Assembly (NCBI RefSeq): GCF_001194135.2
Contig: NC_068998.1
Coordinates: 22,379,459-22,443,458 of the forward strand
Reading direction: 5' to 3'
DNA length: 64,000 nucleotides
From: Octopus bimaculoides
Taxonomy: Eukaryota
Shown: positions 39,789 to 53,099 of the stretch, in pieces
How the letters are laid out: each line of letters begins with the position of its first letter
Position numbering within the stretch: position 1 is the first letter of the stretch
The notes under the pieces: generated by a model
Databases searched by the model: none
Told to the model about the DNA's origin: nothing
What the model saw: the letters and a program-made list of their open reading frames with translations, nothing else
Position numbers and translations under genes: made by a program

Positions 39789-39836
<48 letters not shown>
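39640..39836. repeat. long (TAT)n microsatellite running into a gap
   Basis: Direct reading. Confidence 0.98.
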
Positions 39837-40540
39837 NNNNNNNNNNNNNNNNNNNNNNNNNNNNNNNNNNNNNNNNNNNNNNNNNNNNNNNNNNNNNNNN
39901 NNNNNNNNNNNNNNNNNNNNNNNNNNNNNNNNNNNNNNNNNNNNNNNNNNNNNNNNNNNNNNNNNNNNNNNNNNNNNNNNNNNNNNNNNNNNNNNNNNNN
40001 NNNNNNNNNNNNNNNNNNNNNNNNNNNNNNNNNNNNNNNNNNNNNNNNNNNNNNNNNNNNNNNNNNNNNNNNNNNNNNNNNNNNNNNNNNNNNNNNNNNN
40101 NNNNNNNNNNNNNNNNNNNNNNNNNNNNNNNNNNNNNNNNNNNNNNNNNNNNNNNNNNNNNNNNNNNNNNNNNNNNNNNNNNNNNNNNNNNNNNNNNNNN
40201 NNNNNNNNNNNNNNNNNNNNNNNNNNNNNNNNNNNNNNNNNNNNNNNNNNNNNNNNNNNNNNNNNNNNNNNNNNNNNNNNNNNNNNNNNNNNNNNNNNNN
40301 NNNNNNNNNNNNNNNNNNNNNNNNNNNNNNNNNNNNNNNNNNNNNNNNNNNNNNNNNNNNNNNNNNNNNNNNNNNNNNNNNNNNNNNNNNNNNNNNNNNN
40401 NNNNNNNNNNNNNNNNNNNNNNNNNNNNNNNNNNNNNNNNNNNNNNNNNNNNNNNNNNNNNNNNNNNNNNNNNNNNNNNNNNNNNNNNNNNNNNNNNNNN
40501 NNNNNNNNNNNNNNNNNNNNNNNNNNNNNNNNNNNNNNNN

Positions 40541-40593
<53 letters not shown>

Positions 40594-41219
40594 ATATATA
40601 TGTATATACATACGCGCGATCGTACACACACAAACATATATAAATGCGATGTACTATTGTAGTATGTTTAGTTTTGTAAAAGCTTGACTATATGTATTAA
40701 TTTTGACAATATAAACCGCATGCATGAATATAAAAATAGGGAATGTTACAAAAAATACAGGTCTTTAATAATGCGATAAGTATACACATGTTTTTCCATT
40801 TATATATTTTAAGAATGCATTTCTATTTCATTAAATATATTTTTCAATGCTAAAACAAAAATCAAAAATAGAATCTCTTGAAATTCAAATTCTCAATTTA
40901 TTTGGCAATGTATTTCCACTCTAAATTTAAATTGAATTTGTATACAAAAAGACAGAAAGAAAAGAAGAAAAAATATCTTGAAATACTTTGTCTATTAATG
41001 CTATTTAATTTTATTTCTAATAGAAAAAGATGACACTCATTAAAAGGTGAAAATTGCTACTCAGTTTAGAAAATATAACTTGTAATTAGGGATGAAAATT
41101 CCATGTAATATAAAACATAAGATTTCCAATTTCTTTACGACATTATCAAAATTTTTAAAAATAGAAATTAATTACGTTGTAACTTTGGGCTATATACATT
41201 TCCATTTTATTAATTTCAG

Positions 41220-41526
41220 AAGATATATTGGATTTTGGCAATAGATTAAATGCTAATAAAAGTAAGTAGAATATCTGTAAAGTTTTGAAACATGTAATTG
41301 AAAGGAATATTTGATACTTCAGAAGAAGATGAAAAATATATTCGAGAATAGATTTGGGAAAAATATATTAATGATTTGCATTCTCCTCAATTAGAAAATA
41401 TAATATTGTCGACAATATATTGACATAAGCGCAATGTATTGATTAAAAGTGATTCAACAAAGGAAGTTGAATCGTTCTTAGTGAAGCAAACATATGTAGC
41501 AAATTTATTAACTTATTTAGCACATT
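41220..41526 (+). pseudogene. two candidate exons with a 61-nt intron; two in-frame stops
   Basis: tttcag|41220-41261|gtaagt then tacttcag|41323-41526|gtaagt, phase compatible: DILDFGNRLNANK-KEDEKYIRE*IWEKYINDLHSPQLENIILSTIY*HKRNVLIKSDSTKEVESFLVKQTYVANLLTYLAH. Confidence 0.3.
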
Positions 41527-43484
41527 GTAAGTAGTAAATATATTATATTATTTTCTTTTCAATTTATTCTTAAGTGCATTCAGTTGCAGCAGTAGAAATA
41601 ATTAGACAATTAATCTTTTCAGCAATAAACTTACAGCTAATTTTCAAATAAAAACTATATCTGACTATTTAGAATAATGAAATAAATCAATATATTTGTA
41701 AATATAAACATTCGGACACTGGTTCCAAAATGGATTAGAAAATTATATTCGACATGCATATTTCAGATATTTTCAGTCTTTTGCAAACGGAAAGTATTTA
41801 AAATTTATGAGTAAACCTAGAAATCATGTTTTCTTCCTTCTATCGCTTGCAATCAATGACAGTAAAACACATTCGCAAATATGTAAAGATAAATTGATAT
41901 CAGATGTGTATTATCGAAGATGTATTTTCCGAATATTTTGTAAATGTTTTCGTATATTTGCTCCAAAAAAGGATAATTTGTCTTCTCCAGTTCTCCGAGA
42001 TTACTTGGTTGTCACCCTTTTGTCTGTCCTAGTAGTATTATGTGACTGAAAGATATGTACCCAAAGCCATAATATGTGCAGGTAAAGCATTTTATGAAAG
42101 AGTTGGTACACATTCACGGTGAATTTATAAAAGATATATAAATAATTTTGAATGTCGGAAACTCTTGAAGATTTCCATAAATAAAGAGTATAAAGTTCCG
42201 TTTTTTTTATCTAGTGAGTATATTATGTATTTCCTATCTCGTGTTATTGGTTATTACGTAAAGATATTACGTACGATAAACATACCGTAAATGGAAGCTG
42301 GGTGGCTTATTGCTGCAGGTTATAATTGCATGTTATGTTTTTTTTTCCACGCAATAATAGGCAAATCATGACTTTACACAATAACATGCAGTTATTACAT
42401 TTTGTACACATGCACCTGTGTACAATTGATTGTTTCTAATTTCGATATTCCTTGCATAATGTAACGATACCTAATGAATATAATAGTGTTATTATTTTTG
42501 AAAAGAGTATATAGAAGCATCTCAAACATCCTGTTAAACAGCCGTAAACGTAAATTTGTTCATGCAAAAGTATTATAGTCATTTTCGTGTATCAATGATA
42601 TTTTAAAATGATTTTCTTATTGATAAGTTGTTATATATATTGGTTTACGTGAGTTATAATTATTTCAGTTTGACACAATAAGAGAGAAGAAAGATATACA
42701 ATTTGGTGGGTAAGTGACAACAGTAACATATTCCTTAATATATGCAATATTTAGTGACTTGAGGGTTGTATCAAGTGTCTTTTTGCTACAGAAGCCTGTA
42801 CGACAACAGGCTTGTAATACAGAGAATGTTCTCGGCTAATTTTGGGTACTCTTCCGTACCTGACTAGAAGAAACACAAGTAATATATATGCTCGCGATTA
42901 AACTAAATAGTAAGCAGATGTATAAAGCGTCATTAGATCTTCTTAATACTAGATAGCATCTGACTGATTTGGGTACAATATGTCGTGTATAAAGCCAATA
43001 TTATGAAGGGCTGCAATATATCAGCGATAATTAGGTAAAACAGGTAGTTTTATCTTGCATATGATAATTACGTAAATCACGTAGTCTTATCTTGAAAGAT
43101 GATATGCATTAACTGGTCATTGGGATGAATTTCCCTGGAATACTTAGGTATGGCGGGTTTGAATTCACTGTATAGAAGGGTATTCAACAATTAAAAGTTT
43201 AATAGGAACAGAATTGTATATTAAAACTTAACATAATATTCAGAAAATTTAGTATGTTGATATTTGTGTCGCATACTAATGTCCTTATGCCCATTCCTAA
43301 ATATCAATAATTGGTGAGCTTTACCAATCTCGAACAACATACTTTAAGTTGAATATCAATGAATTAGGCTCCAATAACTCTGCTCACTTCCATATCATTG
43401 TATAGACAGGAGACATCATACAATACATCCCCCGTACATCTTTAAAAACTAGCATTAAATAATCAAACCAGACACAACAAAATT

Positions 43485-43860
43485 AACAAGAGTACTCAGA
43501 GAGCGCAAACCTCCGACAAGGCAACACCAACGTCCTCTCAAAGATTAACCAGAGATGATTTTTAAAATGAGAATATCTGAAACGAGCTCAACTGTTCTCA
43601 CAAATAAGAATACTAAAAATCAACCCGGCAGCACTCAAAAATTAAGTAAAACCCAAAGAAAAAAAGAAAACAGGAAAAATAATTCAGAATTCTTGTCCGG
43701 TAGCGGATCAATACCCAAATCTAATCCGTTCGTGCCAGTGACGTGGACAAACATCCCTAAAAGTTTCATCTGATTAAAGAACAAATTGCATGTTTGATTA
43801 TCATAACCTAAGATAGATCTGATCACTAAGGTATCCAGAACGTGGAAGATTACTCGCCTC
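43485..43860 (+). mobile_element. non-autonomous interspersed repeat (possibly Helentron/DINE-like), partial
   Basis: Starts aacaagagtactcagagagcgcaaacctcc, with later ttgtccggtagcggatc and aaagtttcatc blocks typical of aacaag-start non-autonomous elements. Classification is inference. Confidence 0.45.
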
Positions 43861-46009
43861 TTAATCATATACAAAAAATAAGAATTTCATTTCAATAGGA
43901 GCCGTATTTGTTAGATGTCTTAATGCCACATTGTAAATGTGTTAATATTATTAAAAATAAATTGTTATGTATTCCTCACTGTGCCAGTAAAATGTTTGGA
44001 TATATTCTGTGATAAAATGGTTTCCACTGGAATACGGCGTTCTTTACAAAGGAGATATTTTCCTGGAGTTAATTCTTTTTACTGTGCAGGGAAACTTGCT
44101 TTCATTGATTCTCATTATTTGCATTTTGTATTACGTTTATACATTTTAAGCATAAGTTCATTACCTACAGAGGAAGTGGGAATAACTTTGTCGAGTGGGA
44201 GTAACATTTTCGAGTACCTCGTTATTATTATGAAATCTTCAGATTTGTCGATTAGGTGTTTTTGGTATAATATTTTTGGGATAGAATGGTGATATTTCTC
44301 TAGGTATAACGGAAAGGAAACTTGCAATATGCACCTACATTTTTTGGTGTCTGTTTGCATATTTCTCGCAAATTACGCTGCGATATCTATAGTTTGGCAG
44401 TTAAGTGTAAACATTAAGCTATACTCAGCAATACTGCATTACGTGTTATATCATTTGTTCATCGATCACTCCTCACAAACTCTTGTTAATTGTAAGACGA
44501 ATATGAAAAATAGAACGCCGAATGATGTATATTATAACCAGAGAGTAAAAGTGGTTTAACACCTTAAAAAATATTTGGATGTAACGGAATAAACGAATCA
44601 AGCTGTGTCGTAGTATATGCAGTTATCATACATTTTATATTCAAGAAAATCTTCATCCATGTTTTTATATCTTATTGGCATTTTCTTTATATGCTATTCC
44701 AGTGTTGCCATTAAAGAAAATATGTGATTGGCAGCTACACCATTCTTCATTTTTTCGTTTCTCCGTTATCAAGAAAATCTCGCCTGTGTAGATTTTCTGT
44801 GAGATGCAATGTTACATAAAATGAGATTGACATATCATTTGGTAATAATTTTCATCGATGATTTGTTGCTTAGTTGAAGCTTTGGAGGTATCTGAGAATT
44901 TATCGAAATCTAAAAATTATCTTGGAAGAGCCCTTATAATCATTTAATGACATCAATAAAAGAGAATAAAATTACATTTAATGTATTTAATGATGTATCA
45001 AATGTTTCATCGTTCTCCTGCGACCTGGGTGCAGGGAAGGTATATTTATTCTTGGTAAAATGCAAAAAAAAGAATTATTTCATTCAGTATTGTAGAGCTA
45101 AATTATACGAAACGATACAAGAAGCGAGTATAAAATATTTCATATTATTCTACCATATGGAACATTGTGGTCTACCATATGGAACATTTAGAGATATACT
45201 TGGCTAAAATGTAGATGTCTCCATTCGTGCATCATACATACACGGTAGTGTGTGAATAGTATTCTTAAGGTCAACATTTACTGACTCGTGACCAATTCTA
45301 GGCTTTGTCACTAACTCATTTGTTAACTAAATGAAATGATGTTTTCAATTTTATATTTGTCACATCCTCAGCAACATTTTCAACTACCAAATTTGAAAAT
45401 TGCTTCAGGAGAAAAACGTTTGAGTAAAATATATGGGGTCAAAACGCGAGAGTAACACCTGAAATCGACTTTGAGTCGAAATATTTTTTTGAAAGAAATA
45501 TAAATTTTATTTTAGTGTATATGATAGATTTCGGCGGGAGGAATTTATTCATGTTAGTTATATGCAAAACTATTCAGTACTGAGGTAAAAACCGACGAAA
45601 ACAAAAGGAGATTAACACTTGCGGTCGATTTTGACTCCAAATATTCTTCTTCTTTCGAAAGGAAACTATATTTAAATTTAACCTTTCTGATAGATCTCAA
45701 CTACAGGAATCCCATGATGGTAATTACATATATAAATAGATTTTTGAAAAAAACTAACGGAGCCAAATGTGGTGACAATATTGGTAACGTCTAAAAGGAA
45801 ATTCAAAACCACAACATTTTGATTTTGTGAATATATTTTATCTTTGTTTAGCTCATATAACAGAAATCATCGAGACGAGTAACGTGGTGGTAATATTTTC
45901 AGAAATATTCAAAATCAAAAACGTTATAATATAAGTGAAATGTGCCAAAAGTACGTAAAACAGTTTCCAAGTAATATTATGACTTATTACGATACGATGA
46001 CCTGGAGAG

Positions 46010-46180
46010 TCATTAAGACGGAAAGTGAAAGCTTCGCAGCATATCGTCTGTCTCTACATTCTGAGTTCAAATTCTGCCATGGTCGTTTTGCCTTTTATCA
46101 TTTCGCTGAGCACTGAGATCAATGTAATCAAATCTTCCCCTCCAGATTTGATGGCCTTCTGCCAGAATTCGAAACTAATA
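46010..46180 (+). mobile_element. SINE family B, diverged
   Basis: cgtctgtctctacattctgagttcaaattctgccatggtcgttttgccttttatcatttcg. Confidence 0.8.
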
Positions 46181-46529
46181 TTGGAAAATGTTTGATTCAA
46201 TTCATTATTTAGGTATCATGCATAGATCTACCTCATATTCATAAAATACATTATATTGCAAAAAAATTCCATTCACATACGGTAGTGTGTGAATAATATT
46301 CTTAAGGTCAATTTTCACTCACCCACGGCCGCTTCTAGGTCTTGTCACTAATTCAGATTTTCACCAAATTTGATGATGTTTATATATTTCTAGATTGGTA
46401 CCTTCTAAGCTACAGTTGGAAACAGTTGATGACAAGTGGACTATTTTCTGGAGTCTATCGTAAATAGACACACGCACACAAACGCACACACGCACACACA
46501 CGCCCGCGCACACATATATATGTGTGTGC

Positions 46530-46565
<36 letters not shown>

Positions 46566-48147
46566 GCATACATACATGCATATTACTCACATATATACAT
46601 AATTATTGCAGACGAATGTTGATGAGGTTTAAAGTTTAATCCTTTTCACTTAATCACAAAATAGGATTTAGAAGCTGGCATTTTTCTGCATGATTGTTGT
46701 CTATCACAAAAGGAAACCAAAAGTTATTCAACGAGCGGGAAATTTTATGAAACAAACAAAGGCAAAGCATTACGACGACCAAATTTGTCTGAACGTCTGA
46801 AGTTTTAGTAAGGTTTTTGTTTTGCTTTTAAACTTTAATTCAGTATTGATAGTAGCAGAAATTAGATTATTATTTCGTAGGGTATATAGGCAAGGTTTTT
46901 GGTTTCAGGGAGTATGAGTAGATTTTCAGGGTAGCTGGATTCAGATTTATTTTTCAGGCAAGTTAACAAGAACAGTAGCTGAATTGCAGGCTATATTTTT
47001 ATTTTGCATGGATTACGACTAACAAACAGACTTTGCTTTAATAAGGTCAGGTGACCCCTCGTACCTTACGGTGGGTGCATTGGCTACTTTTGCATTTACA
47101 AAAAAATTATATTAGCCGTGGCTTTACTATTCATATGATCAGATTTTCTTCTTACTATATAGTTGATATATTCTTATAACTCTTCATGCCAGCTCTTCTT
47201 ACTATATATAAGATATAGCTAATTTTAGTTCTTGATTTTATCATAAAATTGATATTACATTAATTTTCACTATCATATAGAAAATTATGTTTTTAGTGAA
47301 ATCTTGCACTTTGTTTAAATATAACAATTTTATATACAGTGAAGATATAGGATCTAATATTTTTACTATTAGAAATACATTTCTCTTTATCTTAATGAAT
47401 TATTAATTTTAAAGGAAATAAATATACAGGCGGATTTCCTTTAATTACCACAATACAAGCACTCATTTATGTATAATAAATATAGCTTGCATGTTTTAAT
47501 TTTGACGCTTCGCTTTATTGTATGAGGGGCGGTTGCATTGAATACAGGGCCTAATAATAATGAAGAAAAATTAAACAAATAGTGGGTTACAGAATTAAAT
47601 GATGAAGAAATGAAGAAAGATCAAAGCAAATATAGAAGAAAAAGAAGAAATGTAAGAAACATAACCAAATAACTAATGATGAAACCCAGTTCAGATAACA
47701 TTTTCTTATTTGTAGAGTTGAAGAAAAAATATGTCAAAATTAAAAGAACGCAACATAAAATTCTTATTTTAATTCAATCATTAACATTGAAAAATAATTC
47801 TAATATTTTTGAACAAATGAATATGTATAAGTTTTATTGCATTGCCTAGAAAAAAAGTAGATTACAATGAAAACTGAGGTCGCAGGCGTTTTACTATTCT
47901 CGTGTTATTACACCTGGAAAAGTATCGATCAAGATTTCTCTAGCTGAATTTGCCTAATTTGCATCTAATGGAAATTAAATAATACTTAAAATTAAAATTC
48001 TACTGTACTTAAAATATTGCAGCCGAGCAAAACAATTTTAAAATTAAAATACATTATAAAGAATATAAAGTTTAGAATGGTACAACAATGCACTATAAAA
48101 CAAAAAAAAATGACTAATATACCTGTTGTAATTTGGTTATCTATAGT

Positions 48148-48187
48148 CCGATGATATTTCGGAATTACAATTCCTTCTTCAGATCTT
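48148..48187 (-). ncRNA. minimal type-I hammerhead motif, intact core
   Basis: RNA: AAGAU-CUGAAGA-A-GGAAU-ugua-AUUCC-GAA-AUAU-C^AUCGG. Core at 48182-48176, perfect 5-bp stem II, palindromic AUAU stem III, AUC triplet, 3-bp stem I (GAU/AUC). Confidence 0.55.
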
Positions 48188-49384
48188 CTTAGCTGGAGTC
48201 TCTGCTATTTACCCGTTTTTTTTTTCGGAAGCGTCTCAGTATTAATATTAATATATTAAGTAAATTTGAGATGATGTACTTTATTAATTATGAGAATCTA
48301 AAAAACGAGTAAATCTATAAAACATGGTACAACAATCCAAAATGAATTTAAACAATTAAAAAAACTGTCTTTTGAAATATACAATTCAAATTGTTATTTC
48401 ATTTACTTGTATCAAGTACATACAAAAAAATATGAAGTTATAAATAATATGGCACAAGATTTTTTTCACTGAAATACTATTAGAAAAAAGGCAAAAAAAT
48501 GATTGAAGTAAAATGATGGTCATTCAATGATTACAAATCAACCATAAAGTAATAATCTGAAAAAATGTAAGTAAAATTTATTAGTTAGCATTAAAATAAT
48601 CTAATTCGTCTTTGACTAATTCGTTACTTTACCTAATGCGTCACTTTCAATTTTCTCCTAGGGATGACTAATTAGGTGAATTCTACTGTATTTTTAAAAA
48701 ATTAATTTTATTTTATTTCAGTTTTAAAAATACTGTTTTTCACAAAAAATAGCCCATGGGCTCATTATATTTTTTTATGAAAATAATAAAATTTACTAGC
48801 GCTATGCAAACTTCAATAAAATGTTAATAATTTTGTATCAGAAATATGTGAATGAAATTATAAGCATATTCTGTTTTCGAATACGCATAAATCATACGAA
48901 GCTCCTTTCGGACAATATTCAGCAAATCTTGCAATTCCAGTAATGGAAAATTTTAGCATCAATATAACGGCAAAGGAATTGCTCTCTGTCTGTAAAAAAA
49001 TCATAATTTTCATATGACATAATGTAGTATATAATATGAGATTACTAGAGAAAGCATGATTACAAAAAATTCTCGGTGTTTAAAACCGATGTCTTTTCCT
49101 TAAGAAATTCTAAAGAAATTGTATACAATGATATTGACTACAATGTCTCGTACATTGTTTATATAATTTACTAAATTATATTTAGATAAACAAGGAAATA
49201 AAAACAAGAGATTATTTAGTGAAGTATACTTAGGAAATACGTTGCAGAAAGATATTTAGAGCAGGTGGAACTAGTTTACTACGTATTATATTATAGGTAC
49301 TTTACGCCAAATTCTACTCTTCAGAATAATTCATGAAATCTTATTTTTCAACTGAATGCAGCTATTTCATAAACTTTAGTCTCT

Positions 49385-49600
49385 AATATTGGTTTGAAAT
49401 GTTGGCACACAACCAGAAACTTCGGGAATAAGGGTGAGTTGATTATATCGACCTCAGTGATTAAATGATACATATTTTATGGACTTCAAAATATGAAAAG
49501 CAAAGTCGACACCAACAAAATTTGAACTCAGCACGTTAAGACGGGCGAAATGCAACTTAACATTATCTGCCCAGCATATTAACGATTCTGCCCGCTTAAT
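49385..49600 (-). mobile_element. SINE family B, diverged
   Basis: ttgaaatgttggcac...atcgacctcagtg...aagcaaagtcgac...aaatttgaactcagcacgttaagacgggcgaaatg...gattctgcc. Confidence 0.8.
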
Positions 49601-50043
49601 TTAGTCGCTAATATTAATAAAAATAAAACATAATTACGAGTTCAAGTCACTTTCATCAGTGCTTCTATTATCATAATGGAGTTTCCCATAGTAGACACAT
49701 TGTATATAAAATATAACGTGTAATTGATTTTAATTCCCTGAAACGTAGAAGGAAACAAAAGGATATCTCACGGTATACTGCAGAGTTATTGATTCATAAT
49801 TTTTAAATTAGATATCTTTAGATCTTCGAGCCATCATGGATATTAAATGTTTTTACAGTAATTCAATTAAGTTAAGCTCCAAATGTTTTACAAGATCAAT
49901 TAAACATTTCTACTAAAAAAATTCAAAACCACGCTAGAATTATCATATCCCCTGCCACATTAACTTTCATGTTTGCCAAATTGCAAACCAGCTGGTTTGC
50001 TTTCGGATATATTTAACATTGCTTTGCTTAAAATTATATATAT

Positions 50044-50046
<3 letters not shown>

Positions 50047-50132
<86 letters not shown>
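50047..50132. repeat. (GT)n microsatellite
   Basis: Direct reading. Confidence 0.99.
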
Positions 50133-50134
<2 letters not shown>

Positions 50135-50994
50135 CACGACACTAGATAAAGAGACATAAAGATAGACTCATAGAGAAATAAATAGAAAGATAGGCAAATA
50201 CATAGAGAGAAATTCAATTAATGAAATTACAATTTCCCACCATCCTTCACTAGCACATTTCTAATTTGAAAGAGATAAGCTTGATGCCACATATTGGAAT
50301 GAGAACGAAGAAAATGTTCCAACGTTATGAAAGATATGATGGCCAAGATTTCATATTCACTTAATGCAGAGCCGTAAAAGCACTTTTCGACGTGAGGTTC
50401 AACAAGAACAGTATAAAAGGTTTATCTCCTAAAAAGAGAAAAAAATGTTAGTTAATATAGTTAGCTTATATTGATTTTATAAATTTTGTGGAGAAAAATG
50501 TTTACCAGAACGTTCATTTTAATGGTCAGGTATGTATAAAGTAACGGACGTATGTTATTCCTTTCGTTTATGTTACACTATCATTATTTATGATTTCTAT
50601 GTTTCTTTTGGTTAGAAACAGTACTCCATGTCTGACGTAGTTTATTATTCATTATTTCATCAAATTAGCCTCAATCAGATAAATCTAGTGAGGAAAAATA
50701 TGTTATTGATTGCAGTGGAATATTTATTGAAATATTATATTTTTATCAGAAACGGTAAATATTTTCACAATATTGAAACTAAATGAATCTAGAATTTAAC
50801 AGAAGTTATTTTATCGTTAGAGATTTAGTTTAAAAGCTTGCAATACTGGAAATACGACATGCATGGAAAACACATGTTTTTGATTACTTCTTGCTACCAC
50901 TATTGATATTCTGACATTTAGATCAATTATTAAATTTCCAAACGTGAATAAAAACTACAAACAGTAATTGATTAGCATATATACATACATAGGC

Positions 50995-51410
50995 TTAGAA
51001 GTGGCTGTGTGGCAAGTAGCTTGCCTAACAACCACATGGTTCTCGGCTCAGTCCCACTGCGTGGCACCTTGGGCAAGAGTCTTCTACTATAACATCGGGC
51101 CGACCAAAGCCTTGTGAGTAGATTTGGGAGACGGAAACTGAAAGATCGTCGTATATGTATATATATATATACCTATGTGCATGTATATGTTTGTGTGTCT
51201 GTGTTTGTTTCCCCAACATCGCTTGACAACCGATGGTGGTGTGTTTACGTCCCCGTAACGTAGCTGTTTGGCAAAAGAGACCGATAGATTAAGTACTAGG
51301 CTTCCAAAGAATAGGTCCTGAGGTCGGTTCGTTCGACTAATGGTGGTGCTCCAGCATGGCCACAGTCAAATGACTGAAACTAGTAAAAAAGTAAAAAAAA
51401 AGTAAAAAAG
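50995..51410 (+). mobile_element. SINE family A, full length
   Basis: gtggctgtgtggcaagtagcttgcc (A-box-like), ggctcagtcccactgcgtggcaccttgggcaag, internal (TA/TG)n, ggtgctccagcatggccacagtcaaatgactgaaac, gtaaaaa tail. Confidence 0.93.
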
Positions 51411-52131
51411 TAAAACTACATATAAAAACACACGCATGGGCGCGCGAGCACACACACACACACACACGCATACAAACACAAAATATCTTCTATNNNNNNN
51501 NNNNNNNNNNNNNNNNNNNNNNNNNNNNNNNNNNNNNNNNNNNNNNNNNNNNNNNNNNNNNNNNNNNNNNNNNNNNNNNNNNNNNNNNNNNNNNNNNNNN
51601 NNNNNNNNNNNNNNNNNNNNNNNNNNNNNNNNNNNNNNNNNNNNNNNNNNNNNNNNNNNNNNNNNNNNNNNNNNNNNNNNNNNNNNNNNNNNNNNNNNNN
51701 NNNNNNNNNNNNNNNNNNNNNNNNNNNNNNNNNNNNNNNNNNNNNNNNNNNNNNNNNNNNNNNNNNNNNNNNNNNNNNNNNNNNNNNNNNNNNNNNNNNN
51801 NNNNNNNNNNNNNNNNNNNNNNNNNNNNNNNNNNNNNNNNNNNNNNNNNNNNNNNNNNNNNNNNNNNNNNNNNNNNNNNNNNNNNNNNNNNNNNNNNNNN
51901 NNNNNNNNNNNNNNNNNNNNNNNNNNNNNNNNNNNNNNNNNNNNNNNNNNNNNNNNNATATATATATATATATATATATATACATATTGTGTGTGTGTGC
52001 GTATATATATTGAAAGAAAAGACAACAAAAGAAAGGAAGAGACCTGGATATTATGTAAATAGAGGAATTTATCTGTAAACATATGCGACAGTTATTCGGT
52101 AGCCATGATAAAACTCCGAGTTTCTGACGCT

Positions 52132-52491
52132 GGGGCGGATACCCACACCGCCACCTCTTCAGTTATCTGGCCATTGGAAATTCCTATGAAAATGACCGTT
52201 AAACAAAGGGAAATTACTGTGTGGTTGACCGTTATTAAGACAAAAGAGTTATAGACCGCTAAGTAAGGGGAGGGTGTAAAAGAGTAAAAAGATCCGTAGT
52301 ACGCGAATACTATGGACCTTTTCACTCTTTTACTCCCCTACCATTACTCCCTCCCGTTACTTAGTGGTCTACAGCTCTTTTGTCTTAATAACAGTCAACC
52401 ACACAGTAATTTCTCTTTGTTTAACGGTCATTTTCATAGGAATTTCCAATGACCAGATAACTGAAGAGATGGCGGCGTGGGTTCCCACCCC
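52132..52491. mobile_element. foldback element of about 360 bp with a 6-nt loop
   Basis: Arms 52132-52301 and 52308-52491 are reverse complements (gccacctcttcagttatctggccattggaaattcctatgaaaatgaccgttaaacaaag...). Loop cgcgaa at 52302-52307. Confidence 0.93.
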
Positions 52492-53056
52492 ATATATATA
52501 TATGCGTATAAGAAGGGATGACCACTAACTTTCACCATCATTTCTTTTACTTAGGTAAAAGCGTCCGTGGTGTTCTGGTGTTTGCTGTTTTTTTTCTAAA
52601 GAACATTATTTTCATTGTGGTTAGATCGTGGATGATCTCTTTCTAGCATATCAGATGTTCACTTAGTGGTCATCCCCTCTTATACGCATGTAATATAATT
52701 TTTCTGAATTTTCAGATTTTTTACATGATAGGCCACTGGTTTTAAATTGATGTTAATTAAATTAATATTCANNNNNNNNNNNNNNNNNNNNNNNNNNNNN
52801 NNNNNNNNNNNNNNNNNNNNNNNNNNNNNNNNNNNNNNNNNNNNNNNNNNNNNNNNNNNNNNNNNNNNNNNNNNNNNNNNNNNNNNNNNNNNNNNNNNNN
52901 NNNNNNNNNNNNNNNNNNNNNNNNNNNNNNNNNNNNNNNNNNNNNNNNNNNNNNNNNNNNNNNNNNNNNNNNNNNNNNNNNNNNNNNNNNNNNNNNNNNN
53001 NNNNNNNNNNNNNNNNNNNNNNNNNNNNNNNNNNNNNNNNNNNNNNNNNNNNNNNN

Positions 53057-53099
<43 letters not shown>

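Noticed and set aside
42792-43034. Protein-looking plus frame between an acceptor and a donor
   Set aside because: Five stops in about 80 codons is the random expectation. The same applies to similar stretches at 47.5, 48.9-49.3 and 50.3 kb.
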